Source: Camelus ferus
Taxonomy: Eukaryota
Length of the DNA stretch: 64,000 bases
Assembly: GCF_009834535.1 (NCBI RefSeq)
Contig: NC_045696.1
Location: forward strand, 63,552,001-63,616,000
Direction of reading: 5' to 3'
The notes under the pieces are model-generated. The model saw only the letters and a program-made list of their open reading frames with translations, did not search any database and was not told where the DNA came from. Of this stretch, positions 25,106 through 38,050 are shown one piece after another. Within the stretch, counting starts at the first letter, position 1. Each line of letters starts with the position of its first letter. A program made the translations under genes and the position numbers.

Positions 25106-27454
25106 AGGCGTCCATTCATTTAGCCTACATTTAGTGAATATTTACTAAATTCAGAGCACTCAACTAACTACTAGATTGCTTCTGTATAATGTCCTGGTTT
25201 GCAGAAGTATTTTGAAATTGATTTTAGAACGTGATAGTAGGGTCAATAAGTTAGCATGTAATTTTAGGCTTCTCAGGAGTGGGTAGATCTGACTGGCATC
25301 AACTGAAGCAGCCTCCATTGTCCACTGCAGAAATGTGAAATGCTGCCAGCAGCCTGCTTCCTTGGGATTTTCATTATGGTGCTTCAGACATATGGACATG
25401 TGAGGGAATTGCTGTGGTTTGATGGCTCTGTCAGCCACAGTTAGTAGGGAAATTAAGGGTTTACCCTGCATGCCACTGTGCCAGGGACTTAATGCAAAGA
25501 TGGATAATAAAACTTCAAGGAAAGAGATCAGTAATTTGCAAAATGTGAAAAGAGCCCCACATAGGTATCAGGAGGCCTGGGCTCTAGACCTAGTTTGTTA
25601 CTTCTCTTCTCTGGGCCTAGACTTTCCTAACTATACAATGAGTGCCGTAGACTGGATGACCTACAGCGTCCATTCCAGCTGCGGGAATCTCTACATCTGG
25701 AGCGCTACATCGAGCTATCTTTAGTGATGTGCCCGATACAGCCGGGGAGTGGTGAGGGGTGGGAGCTGAGCATGGCGGATGTGGGAAGGCGTTCTAAACC
25801 AAAGGGGCAGCGTGAGCGTATGAGACGATTGGCTCATACTATAAAATTTCAAAACATTATATAGAACTCCACTCTTCTCTCAGAACAATGCTCAGAGTTT
25901 TATAGACTCTGGTTTGCAAAACAATGGTAAAGTGGGCTAGTAGTTGATGAGATGGGAAATGTTGATCAGGAGGAGATCACAGAAAGCCTTAAACACTGGC
26001 TTAAGGGTTAGTGATTTATTCTGTAGGTTGTGGGGAATGATTGAAATTTCATGGGCAAAGGCTTATATGATTAGATCTGGGTTTCAGCTTTCTGGTTATG
26101 GTAAGGAGGATGGACTGGAGGGGGTTGAGACAGAAGGATGAGCCTGGAAGCTGACACAATAGCCCAGGTGTCAAAGGATGAAAGGATGAAGGACGAAAGA
26201 ATGAGGAGAGTAAATGGTGGAAGAGCACTGAGGATGAAGACGTCTGGGACTCGTCTGCTGACACACGTGGGGGTGAGGGAGGAGCCCACGTTGCTTCAGT
26301 GTTCCAGCCCATGGGAGAAGTGGGTGGTGACTGGAGAGCCACCTCAGAGCCTGAGCAAAAGTAGAAAGGGGCTTAGGAAATAGACAAATCTGAGTGTCCA
26401 TTTGATTCATTCTGAGTTTCTTCCACAGTAAAATAAGGATGAGTGCACCTATTCCTCGGAGTTTTCTAAGGACTGATGGATTCATATGTCTGACAGTGCC
26501 TAGGACATGTAAGTCCATCCATCCATCCATCCATTGGTTACATCTGTGCAAATATGGAGGGAAATAATTAGGACCAGAGCAAACATTTCAAGCTCATTTT
26601 GAGTAAACAGATCATGGCCGAGGTGGGGTCTTTGTGGGGTTGGACCATTCCACCACTCCCAGACACCAGGACGGACCACAGTTCAAGGCCAGGAAGTTGT
26701 TTTTTGGCAACAACAGGTTCCTTTCTTTCCCTTCCTTTCATTACCAACACCCTACTGCAGTCCACTTCTAGGTCTCTAATTCTAATGTAGTTACTTGACA
26801 AAAAAAAAAAAAAAAAAAAAAAAAAAAGGAAGCAGGAACACAAACATCAAACTGGTTCATGTATTTCCTTGTTGGCCTCCTCTAAGAACACACCTGTGCC
26901 AGGCACCTGCCCGTAGCTGTGTAAGAGACTGTTACTTGGGCTCTTCTCCATAACTGGCCAGTAACATCAGGATTGAAGCCCACGCGGTCACCTTGCCTTG
27001 GGGGATGCCGTCTTCGCCCACAGTGCCCCGTGTCACCTGAGATCACCCGCAGCTCTTCTGTGAGGTGAGCAACACCAGGCACTCTTCCTCGGGCTCCTGA
27101 GCCTCGCTCAAGTCACACCTTGCTCAAATCAGCCAAACCCTCCCGCACTGGCGTCCTCCCTTTTTCTCGGTTTCCAAAGGAGCCGTGCCCTGAGCAGGCA
27201 AAAGCCTTCACTCAGCGCTTTCACCAGGACTGCCGCGCTGCGTGTGGAGCTGTCCGCCAGCGCAGCAGAGCGGAAGCGGGGCGGGGAGCGCTGTCGGGAG
27301 AGCAGGGACTTCAGCGGTGCCAGATCCCTCCTTTCCCAGTTCCGTCTCTGCCCTAGGTCACAAATCCCCCAACAGGGCAGCTCCAGCTACACTTCTCGGA
27401 TTTAGAGAAAGCCTGCAGGCTCTTACTTCCCTCTTTTGCTTCTGACCCAAACTG

Positions 27455-27902
27455 GATGTTGTATTTTACCATTCCCAACCACTGAAGGGTTGGGTCTGAG
27501 TCCCTTCGCCTTGAATCTGAGTTTGCTTGTGACTGCTTTGTACAAGTGGCCTGGCAGAAGTGACCCTTTGTGACTCCAAAGCTAGGTCATAAAAAGCCAG
27601 GGAGCTTCCACCTTGTTTCCTGGAGACTTTTGTTTTCTGATCAACAGTCCCTGCTGAACTCAGCCTTGCGACCGTGCCCACCCGTGAACCTGACGTGTAA
27701 GCGAAGCCATCTCAGACCCATCAGACCAGCCCATCCGCCAAACGAATTCCTCCAGGTAATTGTAGTTACACGTGGAACAGAATTGCTCAGCCAAGCCCTG
27801 CCCAGGTTCCTGAACCACAAAAACTGTCAGATAGAATACAGTGGTGGTTTTAATCTACTAAATTTGGGGATGGTTTGACACGCAGCAATAGATAACCAGA
27901 AT
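27455..27902 (+). mobile_element. MLT1H/I/J-type MaLR LTR
   Basis: CTTGAATCTG...GTGACTGCTTTG...GCAGAAGTGAC...GCTAGGTCATAAAAAGCC ... CTAAATTTGGGGATGGTTTG...GCAGCAATAGATAACCAGAA. Confidence 0.85.
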
Positions 27903-28679
27903 GCTAAGTGTAAATAGAAGAAACTTTGCTGATGGCTTTTGATAAATTTAGGCTGATTTCATGTGATTTATGCCATCCACCTGTTCCTGACCACGATAAT
28001 TCCATTTTGCTGAAAACTTGGATGAGGTTACCTCTGAACTAAGCCAGAACTTCACCTGGGTTCACGAACAGCATCCTGAACTGCTGCAGAGCTTTCAAGT
28101 ACCCTGACTCTGGTTTGGTTGTCAGTTAACGTCCACTCTCCCCATGCCAGCACAGCCCCACACTCTGCCTTAATCCAGAAGATCTGCAGAGACGGCCACA
28201 AATTGGAAGTGTGTGGCTGCAAAAGCTGTTTTCTGTGCATCCAAGTAAATGACATTGACACATTTTCTCAGCATCTTCACATACAGAGAGGGTAGCTTCC
28301 CATTTCTTGGATTGCACCTGGCTTCACACGTGTAGTGCAGGATTTCCACATGGCTGTTTTTCTCCCGTTACCAGCATTCCTCTCCTTAAATCCCAGAGAC
28401 CTTGATTTGGGGTAGGTTCCCAGTTTCCCTAGTGGGGTGAGTGTGGCAGTAGGGATGGGCTGTATTCCCATGGTCAAGTGACATGCTTATGTGTGCCCTT
28501 CTCACAGTGTGCTCACAGGACAGGCATGGACCTGGAGTTGGAAGGATGTGGGTTCAGACCTGAGCTCCAGCCGATGCTCGCTATGTGACCTTAGACAAGC
28601 TACTTAGTCTCTTTCAGTCTTAGTTTTCTCATGAGTCAAAAGGATACAGTTTTCACCAATTTTACAGGAAATAGGAAGC

Positions 28680-29150
28680 TGTCTTACTTGGGGTTTGGCC
28701 AGAAGCTTGACCGTGAGAGGAGGCTGTGAGTGTAAATGCTGTATTTGGTAGGTGGGGAGGGGCGAGGAGCGCAGGCAGAGGCGAGGGCAGAGGATGGGGA
28801 AAGGAAGGCAACCAGTCAGGGGTTCATTATCAAGCCGGTCACCACTGCGGGTGACTGCAGCTTCATTCCAACAGAGACGGTGTTGGAAAAGTGTAAAACA
28901 CATGCCCTGAAAATCATTCTCCCCGGGGGGCGAGGGAGCTGGGGTATTTCAACACCAACTCCACTCAGTCTGCTGGCTGAAGGCTGTCCCCCACGGGGGC
29001 TAATTTCCCAGAGAGAGCCAGTGTCCAAGCTCAACTGGACTGCTCCGTTCTCGAAAAAGCCCTCAGGCCCAGAGACACAGATCCTGGAAGCTGGAAGTTT
29101 TCTGGAGCATACTGAAGCGATGAAGTCAGAAGGCCATAGGCAGTGCTATG
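28680..29150 (-). mobile_element. LTR33-like ERVL LTR
   Basis: TGTCTTACTTGGGGTTTGGCCAGAAGC...CAAGCCGGTCACCACTGCGGGTGACTGCAGCT...GAGGGAGCTGGGGTATTT. Confidence 0.7.
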
Positions 29151-29849
29151 ATAGCATCAGTTAGAGAAGACTGAACGCGATGTGTGTGAAAGGCTGGAGT
29201 CCAGCAGGCCCCCCACACACGCCAGCTCGTTTCTCTTCTTCCCTTTCCTGATCTCCTTGGCCCACAGTGTCTTCTGTCTTCTCCTATCCTTACTGAGTGC
29301 CCAGGTCATTTGGAACTTCATTCATACTGTCTTACCCACCCGTAGCTTGTCCCTCAGATAAACAGTATGTGCATCAAGGGGCAGCTCCGCCCACTTCTTA
29401 CACTTTGTTGCGTCTCCCCTAGTACCCAGCTTAGTAAGAAATACTAAGATGCTAAGTAGTGAATACTAGTCACATCACAGGGCAGACCACCTTGGCTGAT
29501 AATGGGAAGGGCTTGTACAGGTCTGGTGGGGTGAGATTTGTAACAGTGACCTGACATATATAAAGTGATACTAACACAAGGGGCAATTCGTAATCCAGTG
29601 GCTTGTTCCTCTTTTGTTTGTGGTACCTCGATCATGAGGTTCAGGGGCAATAGTATGTGGAGGAGACAATGACTCTCAAAGTAAAGAAGAAAGAATATAT
29701 TCTGGAAAAACAGTTTTCTAGTCCTGCTTTACTTTCTCCAATTATTGGGAAACAAATCCCCTGTTATCCTCCTCTTGGTTTGTGTGCAATACTTGTATTT
29801 AGACATTGGCGTTGGCCATGCAGTGTGTCAGTTTTGGGAGCAATGAACC

Positions 29850-30030
29850 ATTTACTGCAGGCACTTTCTAATGATTTGTATGTTAATTTTCATAATAACT
29901 CTCTGGAGGAGAATTTGTTCTTTCCATTTTATAGATGAGAAAATTAAGGTACAGAGAGATACTGGGCAAGCTGCCCAAGGGCACACAGCTATTAAGTGGC
30001 AGAACCAGGATTTAACCAGCTTGCCTGTTC
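29850..30030 (-). mobile_element. MIR SINE
   Basis: CCATTTTATAGATGAGAAAATTAAGGTACAGAGA...GCCCAAGGGCACACAGCTATTAAGTGGCAGAACCAGGATTT. Confidence 0.8.
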
Positions 30031-30432
30031 CAGTGGCCGTAATAATGAACACATGTACCACTTTGTCCTAGACTACTTGGGGACCAACATTGTGTTTGTG
30101 TCCTAAATCATTTTTCCCTTCCAGCTCCGAGGTTCAATAAAGCAAATTCTTACCCATGGTCACTTGGCAACTGGTACTGATAAGTCTAATATTGCTTTCT
30201 GTGTACTTTCTCTTGTATTGCTCATATGTCCGTTGTGATCAGAAGTTCACCAAAGTGCTTACCTGGATGGAGAGTGATTTCCCAGGATCATATTTGCTCT
30301 GAAGGATCTGATTCTTGGGGAGCAGAGGATGTAGGTAAGGGAGTCAGAGCCTCAGTGGGGAGTCAGGAGTCATGGGTTCCCATGTAGCTGGAGCCTCCCT
30401 GAGGGGATGATGAGATGGTCTGAGCTCAAGGT

Positions 30433-30543
30433 AAGGTGACCAACTGTCACGGTGTGTCCAGGACTGAGGGATTACATGGGACATGGGAGTTTTAGTGCTA
30501 AAACTAGGACCATCCTGGGGAAGTCAAGATGACTGGTCACCCT
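30433..30543 (+). mobile_element. MER94 hAT-Blackjack MITE
   Basis: Inverted ends AAGGTGACCA / TGGTCACCCT; internal GGACTGAGGG...TTTAGTGCTAAAACTAGGAC. Confidence 0.85.
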
Positions 30544-31083
30544 GACTCACATGCCAAAGTACTAAATGAGGAATTCGTTTTAACCAGAAAACAAGAAGGA
30601 AGAGCTCTACAGATTTTCAAGGTGCTAAGAAGAAAGCTTTCTAGATGTACCTCAAAGATCAAGTTTCTGAGGCTTAATGAGAAAGCTGTAGTGGAAAGAA
30701 ATTTGAAATAGAAGACGCAGAGTCCTATCTATGAACTTGATACTGTGTGGCATAGGACATTATTCTAACCTCTCTGAGCCTCCACTTGCTCACCGGAGAA
30801 ATGGAGAAGAGGGCCTCATCCTGTTTTAGTCACTGGGCCTATGGCTGCCATCAGCAATGACATATGGAGCTGAAAAGTTACTCATTTTCAGACACTTGCC
30901 ACATTCCTTAATAGTCATATTGAGCCACAGAGAACAATCACAATGGAAAACAGTAAGTTCAGGTCATCTTGATGAGCAAATGGGAGGTCAGCCCTGTGGG
31001 GAAATCTAACATCTCTACACACAACTCTAATTTCACATAGAAAGTCATAGGATCCTGTCAGCTGGTAGATGAATCACACTCAC

Positions 31084-31143
31084 CTGGTATCTGAGAATGT
31101 ATCAATCCCTTGCAGGGTCTCCAAGATCCAAGATGCCCGGAAA
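31084..31143 (-). other. Candidate 60-nt exon
   Basis: On - strand: acceptor TTTCATTTTAATCAATATGTAG| and consensus donor CAG|GTGAGT. Confidence 0.3.
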
Positions 31144-31723
31144 CTACATATTGATTAAAATGAAATAGGCAAGTCATTAGAACTCTCAGTCCCAAGAATC
31201 TGTAATGATTGGCTTGTCTCTTCCTCTCTGCCTCCCTCTGACATTGTTCCTGTGACCTAGACTCTGCTGTCACCTGCAGCCCACCTCCCTCTTTGCAGGG
31301 CACAGTGGCCCTATTTATTACTTAAGTGCCATGCATCGGCTGTGCTTCCTTCCTTGGGCTAATCTCTGCTGTGGTCTCGGCTCAAGTTAAGACTTGGCTC
31401 CTGACCCAGCCTCTCCCATCTGCTTTTTCCAGAATCACATCTATGGATGTGAAGCCTTGGAAGTTGGGGTCACATGATTTGGGTTTTACTAGATTTGTGT
31501 GTATCTGAGTCTCCTCTTTTGTGGGGTCCAGGGATTTGGCTGCTAAATGACTTGGAGAAGGTTGGAATGACTCTTGGGCAGCACACCGTGGGGCCTCCAG
31601 ATTAGCAGCTCTTAAACATCTGCACGCACGACGTTTAATCACCTAATGTGCATGTGAAACTGTCGTTTCCCAGCTGATCCCCCAGCAGTTCTGATCCAGT
31701 CCATCACAAGAACATGAGATTAG

Positions 31724-31912
31724 TATTATTATTATTATTGCTGTATAGCTGATTTACAGTGTTGTGTTTCAGGTGTACAGCAAGGTGGTTCAGTTATACA
31801 TACATATATATATATTCTTTTTCAGATTCTTTTCCATTATAGGTTATTACAAGATATTGAATATAGTTCCCTGTGAATATTGAATATGTGCTATATAGTA
31901 GGTCCTTGTTGC
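31724..31912 (-). mobile_element. L1 3' end with (TAT)n tail
   Basis: TATTATTATT...GTATAGCTGATTTACAGTGTTGTG...CAGATTCTTTTCCATTATAGGTTATTACAAGATATTGAATATAGTTCCCTGTG. Confidence 0.85.
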
Positions 31913-33231
31913 TTCTGACACACATGTTCTGTGAGTTACACGTTATAGAACTGTTGCTGGGAATTGAGGTGCTTTAGTGAAAGAGATATTCGGGCTAAGC
32001 TAGAAATATGTTATTACAAACTTTTACAGACTGAGGGTGTGATATTTAAAAAATAATTTAGCCTTTGGCGCTTTGCCTCGGGATGCTGTTGCTGACTGAG
32101 ATAGTCATTGTTGAGAACTGAAACAAGTTTTGGGAATGTTTTTCATTCTCTGATTGTTGGATATTGGTGAAATGGAAAATTGACCCAAGATCTTGGACAC
32201 CTTTGTGATTGTTATCTCCCCTCTCCTCCTGACATTCAGGAAAGTGAGGTGCAGAGATTACTGTACCCATTTTATAGATGGAGAGCGCGGCCAAGAAAAA
32301 ACTCCATGACTGCATTATTTTCCTGTTTTTAAGCGTTTGTACGTACATTCCCTAGTTTGGCCCTCGCAGGAAATTCTGCAGGGAATATCATTGTCTCTGT
32401 TCTGCAGGGGAGGGAATCTAGGCTCCGAGAAGATACGGGACGCGCCCAGGTCACAGGGTGAATAAGTAGGGATGCCAGGACTGAACTTTCTGGTCTGGTT
32501 CCTGACATCATACTCTTTTCAGCACGTCCGGTGTCTCTTTAGAGGAGATGGCAGCACACCTGAGACTGGAGTCGAGAGTCTCCGAATATCGGGAAGCAGA
32601 TGGTTTTTCCAGGCCTGTGGACACTTCCCCCAAGGTTTAAGATCCACTGTGACAGTTTTCTTGATCCTCCCTCACATCACTTCCTAAGCAGGGAAAAATG
32701 AAAAGGGACCAGTTCCCAGTGACTCGTCTCGGACTTCCAGGATCAAACAAGGACAGATGACAACTTAATGGAAAAGAAATGGAGATAAAAATAGGAGGTA
32801 AAACTGACAAATGGCCATGGATTCCCCCCGGCTGCATCCCTGCCTCCTGTCTACAGCTCTTTCTGTGTCTGGCACCTTTGTCTCACCCACTCCAGGGCAC
32901 CCAGGGAGGCAGGGTGGTGAGCACGGACAGCTGTTGGGATTTATGGGGCTGGTGCAGCCCCTCTTCCCCTCCTCATGGTGGGGAGGGGAAGCCTGATCCA
33001 TTTCCTCCTGGGTAAACATTTTCACAGGAAGCATTTATCAGATGGAGGGGAGGCAGCTCAGGGGTCTGGGATCAGTCAGCCAGGATCTGCTTCTCTCCAC
33101 CTCTCCCTGGTGATGGCTGTGGCTTTTCTCCTGAACATTCACACTCTGTCTCTTGTTCTGGCTTCTCTTTACCAGCTGAGCTGAGGGAGAGGGGGCCCGA
33201 TCCTGGGACACCCCAAGTCCACTCCACCCTT

Positions 33232-33392
33232 TAAAAAATTATAATTTTTTTAATTTTATTTTTTTGGGTGGAAGAGGTAATTTGGTTTATTTATGTATGT
33301 ATTATTTATTTTTAACAGAGGTACAGGGGATTGAACCCAGGACCTTGTGCATTCTAAGCATGCGCTCTACCTACTGAGCAATACCCTCCCTT
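33232..33392 (-). mobile_element. Vic-1-like SINE
   Basis: GAGGTACAGGGGATTGAACCCAGGACCTTGTGCATTCTAAGCATGCGCTCTACCTACTGAGCAATACCC with AT-rich tail. Confidence 0.9.
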
Positions 33393-34566
33393 CTCCTCCC
33401 TCCTTTTTAATAAACAGGGTTTCTCTCAGCCTGGGTCCTGTCATGAAGCTGATTGCCCAGATCCTTCCAGAAGAAATGCTGATAAGGAAATGTCTGGAAA
33501 AGCCTCAAGCAGATAAAACTCCATTACTCCTCAGGTGCTGGGCTCTGCTGGCCTTGGACTCTGAAACCATCCCCCTTCCTCGGAGGGCGGACCCGCGACT
33601 TGCACTTGACTCTTCAGGTGGGGGAGGGCTGGCCATGCACCACTGATTCCAGGCCCTCTCCTGGATTTTCAGACTCTGGTTCCTTCAGCTTGCCTGCTTT
33701 TGCCTCATGGTGCTCACAACCTGTCATCTTTTCTTTTATGAGAACCAGTATGAAGTCGTAAAGAGCTGAATCTCAACTCCGCTGGCAAGTTACTGCATCT
33801 CCTGGTGCCCGGTTTCCTCATCTAGCATTTCTTTTTGTAAATTAACGGAGCACTGTCTCCGTCCTAGGCACTGGGCACGATGTTGGAGGAAAGTGTCACC
33901 TCCTTATAGGTTTGTGGTGAAGATTATATAAGGCGATTCAGTGCAACACCTAACAAGTGGTAGAATGAGTACTCATAGCTGTCAGCGAATACAGTTGTTC
34001 TCACTGTTGTTATTTCCATGTCTGTTGGAGAAGAGCGGGGTTTGAAAGGCCCTTGGTAGCCTCTGACCCTCGGGCCATCACAGAGAACCCTCTGCGCTTT
34101 CCACTGGGTCAGGGCTGCTGTCTTCCTAGACTTCTCTTTGGAACCACAGCCCATTCACTTACTCGGTATTTTAATCATTCAAAACAAAAATGCACGGAGT
34201 GTGTCCTTTGTGCTTCAAAGAGGAATTAGAAAGGCAGCAGCCACTAGGCTGGGGGTGTGTGTGCACAGAAGCCATCACGAGCTGCAGCTAAGTCAAAGAT
34301 AGGAAGAAGCGAGGCTCCGGAAGGGCTGGTCAGTAGCACTCCTTCAGCGGAAGAGGAGGCAGTTTCCAGGTGGAGGTCTGAAGAAAGACTTCATGGAGGG
34401 GGTTCCATCTGGGCTCGGCTTTAAAGGAGGAGGAGATTGGTGAGTCCTGTAAAGATGGGAGCGTGCATGAGCTGTGAGACCTGTTCCCAAGGCAGAGGAA
34501 ACCACTTCATCCTGAGAAGATGAAGCCTTTGGTCTCAGGGCTGTCAGTTAATTGTGAAGGCATTTT

Positions 34567-34669
34567 AAAACTTCCATTGGGTTGCCAATAACACTGGTGG
34601 GTCATTTCTTGATCACTTTTGGGTCAAAACTTCCATTGGATTGCCAATGATACTTACGGGTCATTTTTC
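34567..34669. repeat. Diverged two-copy direct repeat, period ~59 bp
   Basis: AAAACTTCCATTGGGTTGCCAATAACACT..GGGTCATTT (34567) versus AAAACTTCCATTGGATTGCCAATGATACT..GGGTCATTT (34626). Confidence 0.9.
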
Positions 34670-35319
34670 ACAAACATAATGTTGTTTGAATTTCACCAAA
34701 CTGAGTGAGTCAGACAGAGCAAGAATTATGATGCCCACTTTCTGGATGAGGAAACTGTGACTCAGAGAGGCGAAGGGATTTGACTATTCCACGAAGGTGG
34801 CCAGTGGGAATGTGGTCACTGAACTCAGGTTTCTTGACTCCAAAGCCAGAGCACTTTTCGGGCATTCAGCTGCTACCTTCCTCCTGCTCCCCCATCCCAC
34901 CTCTCTCAGGCTGGTTAAACTGGTCTTTGGAGGCAGAATAACTTTGAGCTAGTCCCTCAGCCTCAGCTGATGCTGCACCAGCACTTGCCAGGACTCTGCA
35001 AGAGCATCCTTAGAGGCCCCCCCTGCTCGCATCAGATGGCTTCCAGTCCATTTTCTCTAATTACATCTCCTGTGCAGAGCAACCTTTCTAAAGCCTGGAT
35101 CTGGAAAACCTTCAGTCATTATCCTGCCCCTTACAGGACCAACCCACACTCTGTTACTCATTCTTCTAGGCCCTTCAGGATCCATCCTGCCCTCTGGGCC
35201 TCCTCAGACTCCTTCCTGGCTGGCTTCCTTTACGCTTCCTGTGTGTGAGATGCTCAATGTCGTGCAGTTCTCCAAATGCTCCAAGTAGTCCCCTCCTAGT
35301 TTTGTGCCTACATGGGCTC

Positions 35320-35540
35320 TGGAAGCCAGACTTCCTGCGTTTAGTACTCAGACCCACCATTTAAATAGCTGTGACTTTGAGAACAGTCTCCTCAATGGCA
35401 CTATGCCTCAGCTTCCTTATCTATAAGATGAGGATAATAATGGTACCCATCATGTGAGGATGTCATGGAGACTCATTGACTTCATACATATGTAATGATT
35501 AGACCAAGGCGTGGTGCATAGTAGGTGCTTAATAGGTACT
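35320..35540 (+). mobile_element. MIR SINE
   Basis: CTCTGGAAGCCAGAC...GCCTCAGCTTCCTTATCTATAAGATGAGGATAATAATGGTACC...CATAGTAGGTGCTTAATA. Confidence 0.85.
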
Positions 35541-36834
35541 ATTGTAGCTGTTCACTGTGCAGGAAACTTTTCCCAGGCTGGTGAGTTCCCTCCGCTGGGC
35601 TAGTTCTCTCAGGCTCCTTCCCATGTTGCCTCCTCCAGGAAGCCTGCCTTAACGGCCCGAGAGGAGTACCTCTCACCTGCTCTACTGTGCTCATCCTCCC
35701 ACTGTAATTGCTGGCGTGAGTTGGCTTCCTCACCACAGTTACAGCTCCTTGAGGGAAAGTCTCGTTTTTGAGATCCGGGGCCACAGCTGAGTCACTGTGA
35801 AACTGAACATGCTCAGCATGGCCCTGACACACAGGAAGTCCTCGTGCCAGCCTGTGGAGGGAATGATCGGCATGTGGGACTGGGACTGAGGGCCTTGCTG
35901 GTGACACAGTCACTGACGTGTTGGGTGACTGACCAGAGACACCTCTCCACACCTTTGTTTCCCCAGAAACAGAATGGATGACTGGCCTCCCTGGTCTGAC
36001 AGATGTCCCGAAGGTCACAGTACCTATAGGACCACACCGGTAACACCCTGGAAGGTACGACACGCTTTGGAAATGAAACAGTGAATGTCCTATCACAAAA
36101 ACGTTAGCCTGTGAACCAGAGTGTATTTACCAAGAGGTCACAAAACTCCACAACAGGGCCCCTCCTCGCCCAGGCTCCTTCCAAGGCCCGGACTCCATGT
36201 TATACTTGGCACTTTGTATTCTTTTTCCTGCAGATAGTCCCCTAAACTGTACTAGCTTCAGGACCCCAAATCCCAGTGGTCTTAGAGTTCATCCCTCCCT
36301 GGTGAGTTCCCCATCTTTTCTGTCTCTGGGCAGAGTCAAGGAGGAGGACCCGGAGCGGGGCCCCTGTCACACTCTGCCCTCTCCTGGCTTCCCACACTCA
36401 CCTGTACCTGGACTGCAGCTCTGGGAGTTGCCAGCATCCGTGCAGAGCCCCTCCCGTTGCCCACACCCACGTCTCCCTCCTCCCACGGGGCTTCTTAGGT
36501 CCTTAAAACCTCCCTGTGGGCTTGGCTGTGAACTCCACCCCACCCCTCCACATTCGGGCTGGCCTCTTAGAGTGCAGGCCTCCTTGGACTTTGGACATTC
36601 CAGCCCCTCCCTTCCAGGGCACGGCCTCCACCTCCATGAACCACAGCCCTGGTCAACATCCCCCACCCCAACCTTCACAGGCGGGCCGGCTGTCCCTTGA
36701 TGAGTTCCCACTGCGGGTAGAGGGAGTGGGGGGATGGCAGGGCAGAGTTAGATGCATTCAAACCATTTCCTTCAGGAGGAAATGTCATTTTCATAAATAC
36801 ACTATTTGAAGGCTCCCTACCCACACCATACAGG

Positions 36835-37017
36835 GCACATTTCTCAATCCTGGTTGCCCTTTTGAGTGATTCAGAGAGCTTGAAAATATACTGGTGACCA
36901 AGGACCACTCCAGAGATTCTCTTCTAATTGGGGTGGGATGCAGCCCGGGTGCAAGGAATTTTTAAAGCTTCCCAGATGATTTTCACCTGTTGCCAAGATT
37001 GAGCATCACTGTTTTAG
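36835..37017. mobile_element. MER5-type element
   Basis: TTTCTCAATCCTGG...TTTTAAAGCTTCCCAGATGATTTT...CCAAGATTGAGCATCACTG. Confidence 0.75.
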
Positions 37018-37158
37018 AGGCAGGAGGGTATAGCTCAAGTGGTAGAGCGCATGCCTAGCGTGCCTGAGGTACTGGGTTCAATCCCCAATACCTCCACTGA
37101 AAAATCAAATAAATAAATAAACTTAATTACCCCCTCCCCCGTTAAAAAAAAAAAAAAA
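37018..37158 (+). mobile_element. Vic-1-like SINE
   Basis: GGAGGGTATAGCTCAAGTGGTAGAGCGCATGCCTAGC...GGGTTCAATCCCC (A and B boxes), A tail, imperfect TSD ATCACTG(T/C)TTTAG at 37005-37017 and 37161-37173. Confidence 0.92.
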
Positions 37159-37884
37159 GAATCACTGCTTTAGGGAACAAGCACGATCTGTCAATATGAA
37201 GGCAGACAGTGAGTTTGGGACAAAATGAGTTTGAGCGTGAGTAACATACATACCCACGCTTGCTAAACTTGCCTCCCTGATTTGACCTGCAAGAGACACA
37301 CCGTGGTCTTCGGCTCCCTCCAGGCCCAAAGCTCTGTGTGGTGGGTGAGGCCACGCTGGCTCAGCCCATGCCCCAGCCCCAGGAGGGCAGGAGCTTTAAG
37401 GCAGAAGCAGGGATGTTTAGGGGAGTAGAGCCCAGTCTTCTTTACTTTGGCATGCCCCAGGCCTGAGTCAGAGGTCACGGGCTTGCTGGGAGCTCGGGAC
37501 AAGGGCGCAGTGTTCGTCTTCCAGCCGAGCCCTGGGTGCCACCTCACACCTGCTCCTTCTCCTGGCTCCTCAGCTCCGAGAGTTGTACCATCATCGTCTG
37601 GGCCGCTTAGTTTCCACAGCTCACTCACCCTGGACTCTGATTCCACCTCCTTCCAAATCCAGTTGGTCACCACGTTCTCTGCACTGCTCCACGGTCATCA
37701 TCTAGGTGCCCTTCTCCCCAGAGCCCCTTGCTGCTTCTACTAGAAGCCTCTGCTCTGGACTTCCTGTTTGTCTCTCTCCACATCAGATCAATGTTCCTGT
37801 CTTAGTGAGTCTCTCTCTCGCTCTCTCACACGCAGTCTGCAACTGATCTGAGAGCCATAACCTCCTGTGGTTTCCCTTGGCCTA

Positions 37885-38050
37885 GCCCAGTGGATCTTAA
37901 AGCATCCTCCGTGGACCATCAGCATCACCGGGGAACTTGTTAGAAGTATAAGTGCTTGGGCCCCGCCTGCAGACCCGCTGACTCAGCGCTCTGAGGGTGG
38001 GGCCCAGTAATCTGCTTTAAGCAGCCCTCCAGGCACTTCTGCTGTGTGGC
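37885..38050. mobile_element. MER5A element
   Basis: CAGCATCACCGGGGAACTTGTTAGAA...GGGTGGGGCCCAGTAATCTGCTTTAAGCAGCCCTCCAGG. Confidence 0.85.

Noticed and set aside
27244..27265. REST/RE1-like GGAGCTGTCC (also ACGGACAGC near 32922)
   Set aside because: Only one half-site is present; the TCAGCACC half is missing.
37021..37095. tRNA-like sequence with A and B boxes (also at 10400, 33320, 41190 and 56270)
   Set aside because: These are SINE heads with AT-rich tails, some with clear TSDs, not tRNA genes.
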